Origin: Azolla caroliniana
Taxonomy: Eukaryota; Plantae; Polypodiophyta
Direction of reading: 5' to 3'
Assembly (NCBI GenBank): GCA_043228905.1
Contig: JBHGNT010000006.1
Span: 6,882,001 to 6,946,000, forward strand
Length of the DNA: 64,000 bases
Position numbers and translations under genes: made by a program. A model generated the notes under the pieces. The model worked only from the letters and a program-made list of their open reading frames with translations, was not told the origin of the DNA and did no database searches. Shown piece after piece: positions 63,601 to 64,000 of the stretch (positions are counted from its first letter, which is position 1; every line of letters starts with the position of its first letter).

Positions 63601-64000
63601 ATACGGGTGGAGCGTAATCCGGTCGTGGATTGTTCGATCGGGACCGGATTCGGCATAAAGGTGCCGATACGGGAGAGGGTGCGGGATGAGCCGCCCTCTT
63701 TTACATGGGGAGAAAGACCGACCGGGCGAAGGTCGGGAATTGGAAGGAGGGTGATCAGAGGTTCGGAACGAGTCTGGCAAGGTCGGCATCGGAGCCGAAA
63801 CTCCGGACATTGGAGAATCAAGCTCAGGTGGGGCTTGATTGATCACAGAGCGGATGCTATCCACCAACACCACTAAAAGGGGCGGTGGCCCGGACGAGTC
63901 GCCGAAAGACGTTGAGAAATCAGTTACGCCACATCCTATCCGGAGACTTCGGCTGTTCGGCCGACGGGGCAACGTAAGACCGAAAGAGATGGAAGATTGA
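60634..64000 (+). mobile_element. Tandem Trp-primed gag-only elements: truncated LTR 60634-~60948, 3' internal region, PPT 61417-61429, shared LTR 61430-62163, PBS 62168-62185, internal region running off the window
   Basis: LTR, PBS and 3' internal sequence are homologous to 39137-43559. The left flank is ccgg. Confidence 0.88.
62201..63136 (+). CDS. Intact gag-like (capsid plus charged coiled-coil tail) ORF of the Trp-primed element, 311 aa
   Basis: Starts 15 nt after the PBS. The RFNGDKVPSYLEAY motif resembles retroelement capsid N-termini. No CCHC knuckle seen. Homologues at 12350 and 39918. Confidence 0.7.
   Translation: MESEDDDLAEMVAEVVLESTRVVIRREAAQQAVERVVERVDRFNGDKVPSYLEAYNAEMEERDVAEALRLEFFCRAVVVRMHAEVKELREAHSSWEAFEEALLQAYGGRRKSRGRHDFDHWVASAKTHRGATKVFQEFERRLARLREREQGLVGVDKVLLFVRLIDRAEREAIGIELEDDDGANGLTEDWSKVRRVCQRLDNERAEKAKRKARNGVPSQREEAERQRESARVSVGARIAEAYVVLEEMLEEEERSRRQAETKETDLPHAMTEDRYHGTTGEGAEQNALSTCGDRTAKEEAEILIAGSERWN

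Overview
Land-plant nuclear DNA, most likely a leptosporangiate fern (inferred from the PPR motif style and a bacterial-type PAD gene). Two host genes sit in a large nest of LTR retrotransposons. (1) A PLS-class E-type PPR protein (26 PPR motifs, E1, E2, no DYW). Removing a 78-nt GT-AG intron that the ORF track misses gives it a gapless N-terminal PDF motif of the OSB organellar ssDNA-binding proteins. I do not recognise this fusion as described. (2) An intronless bacterial-type phenolic acid decarboxylase gene inside a partly triplicated segment. The rest is several Met-primed Ty1/copia elements (CCGG-rich, with 54-bp LTR repeats and two solo LTRs with 5-bp TSDs), two decayed chromoviral Ty3/gypsy elements and a LINE fragment. 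There is also a family of gag-only, tRNA-Trp-primed LTR elements with a 4-bp TSD whose three independent insertions all follow CCG(T/G). All coordinates were read by eye, and edges of decayed elements are approximate.
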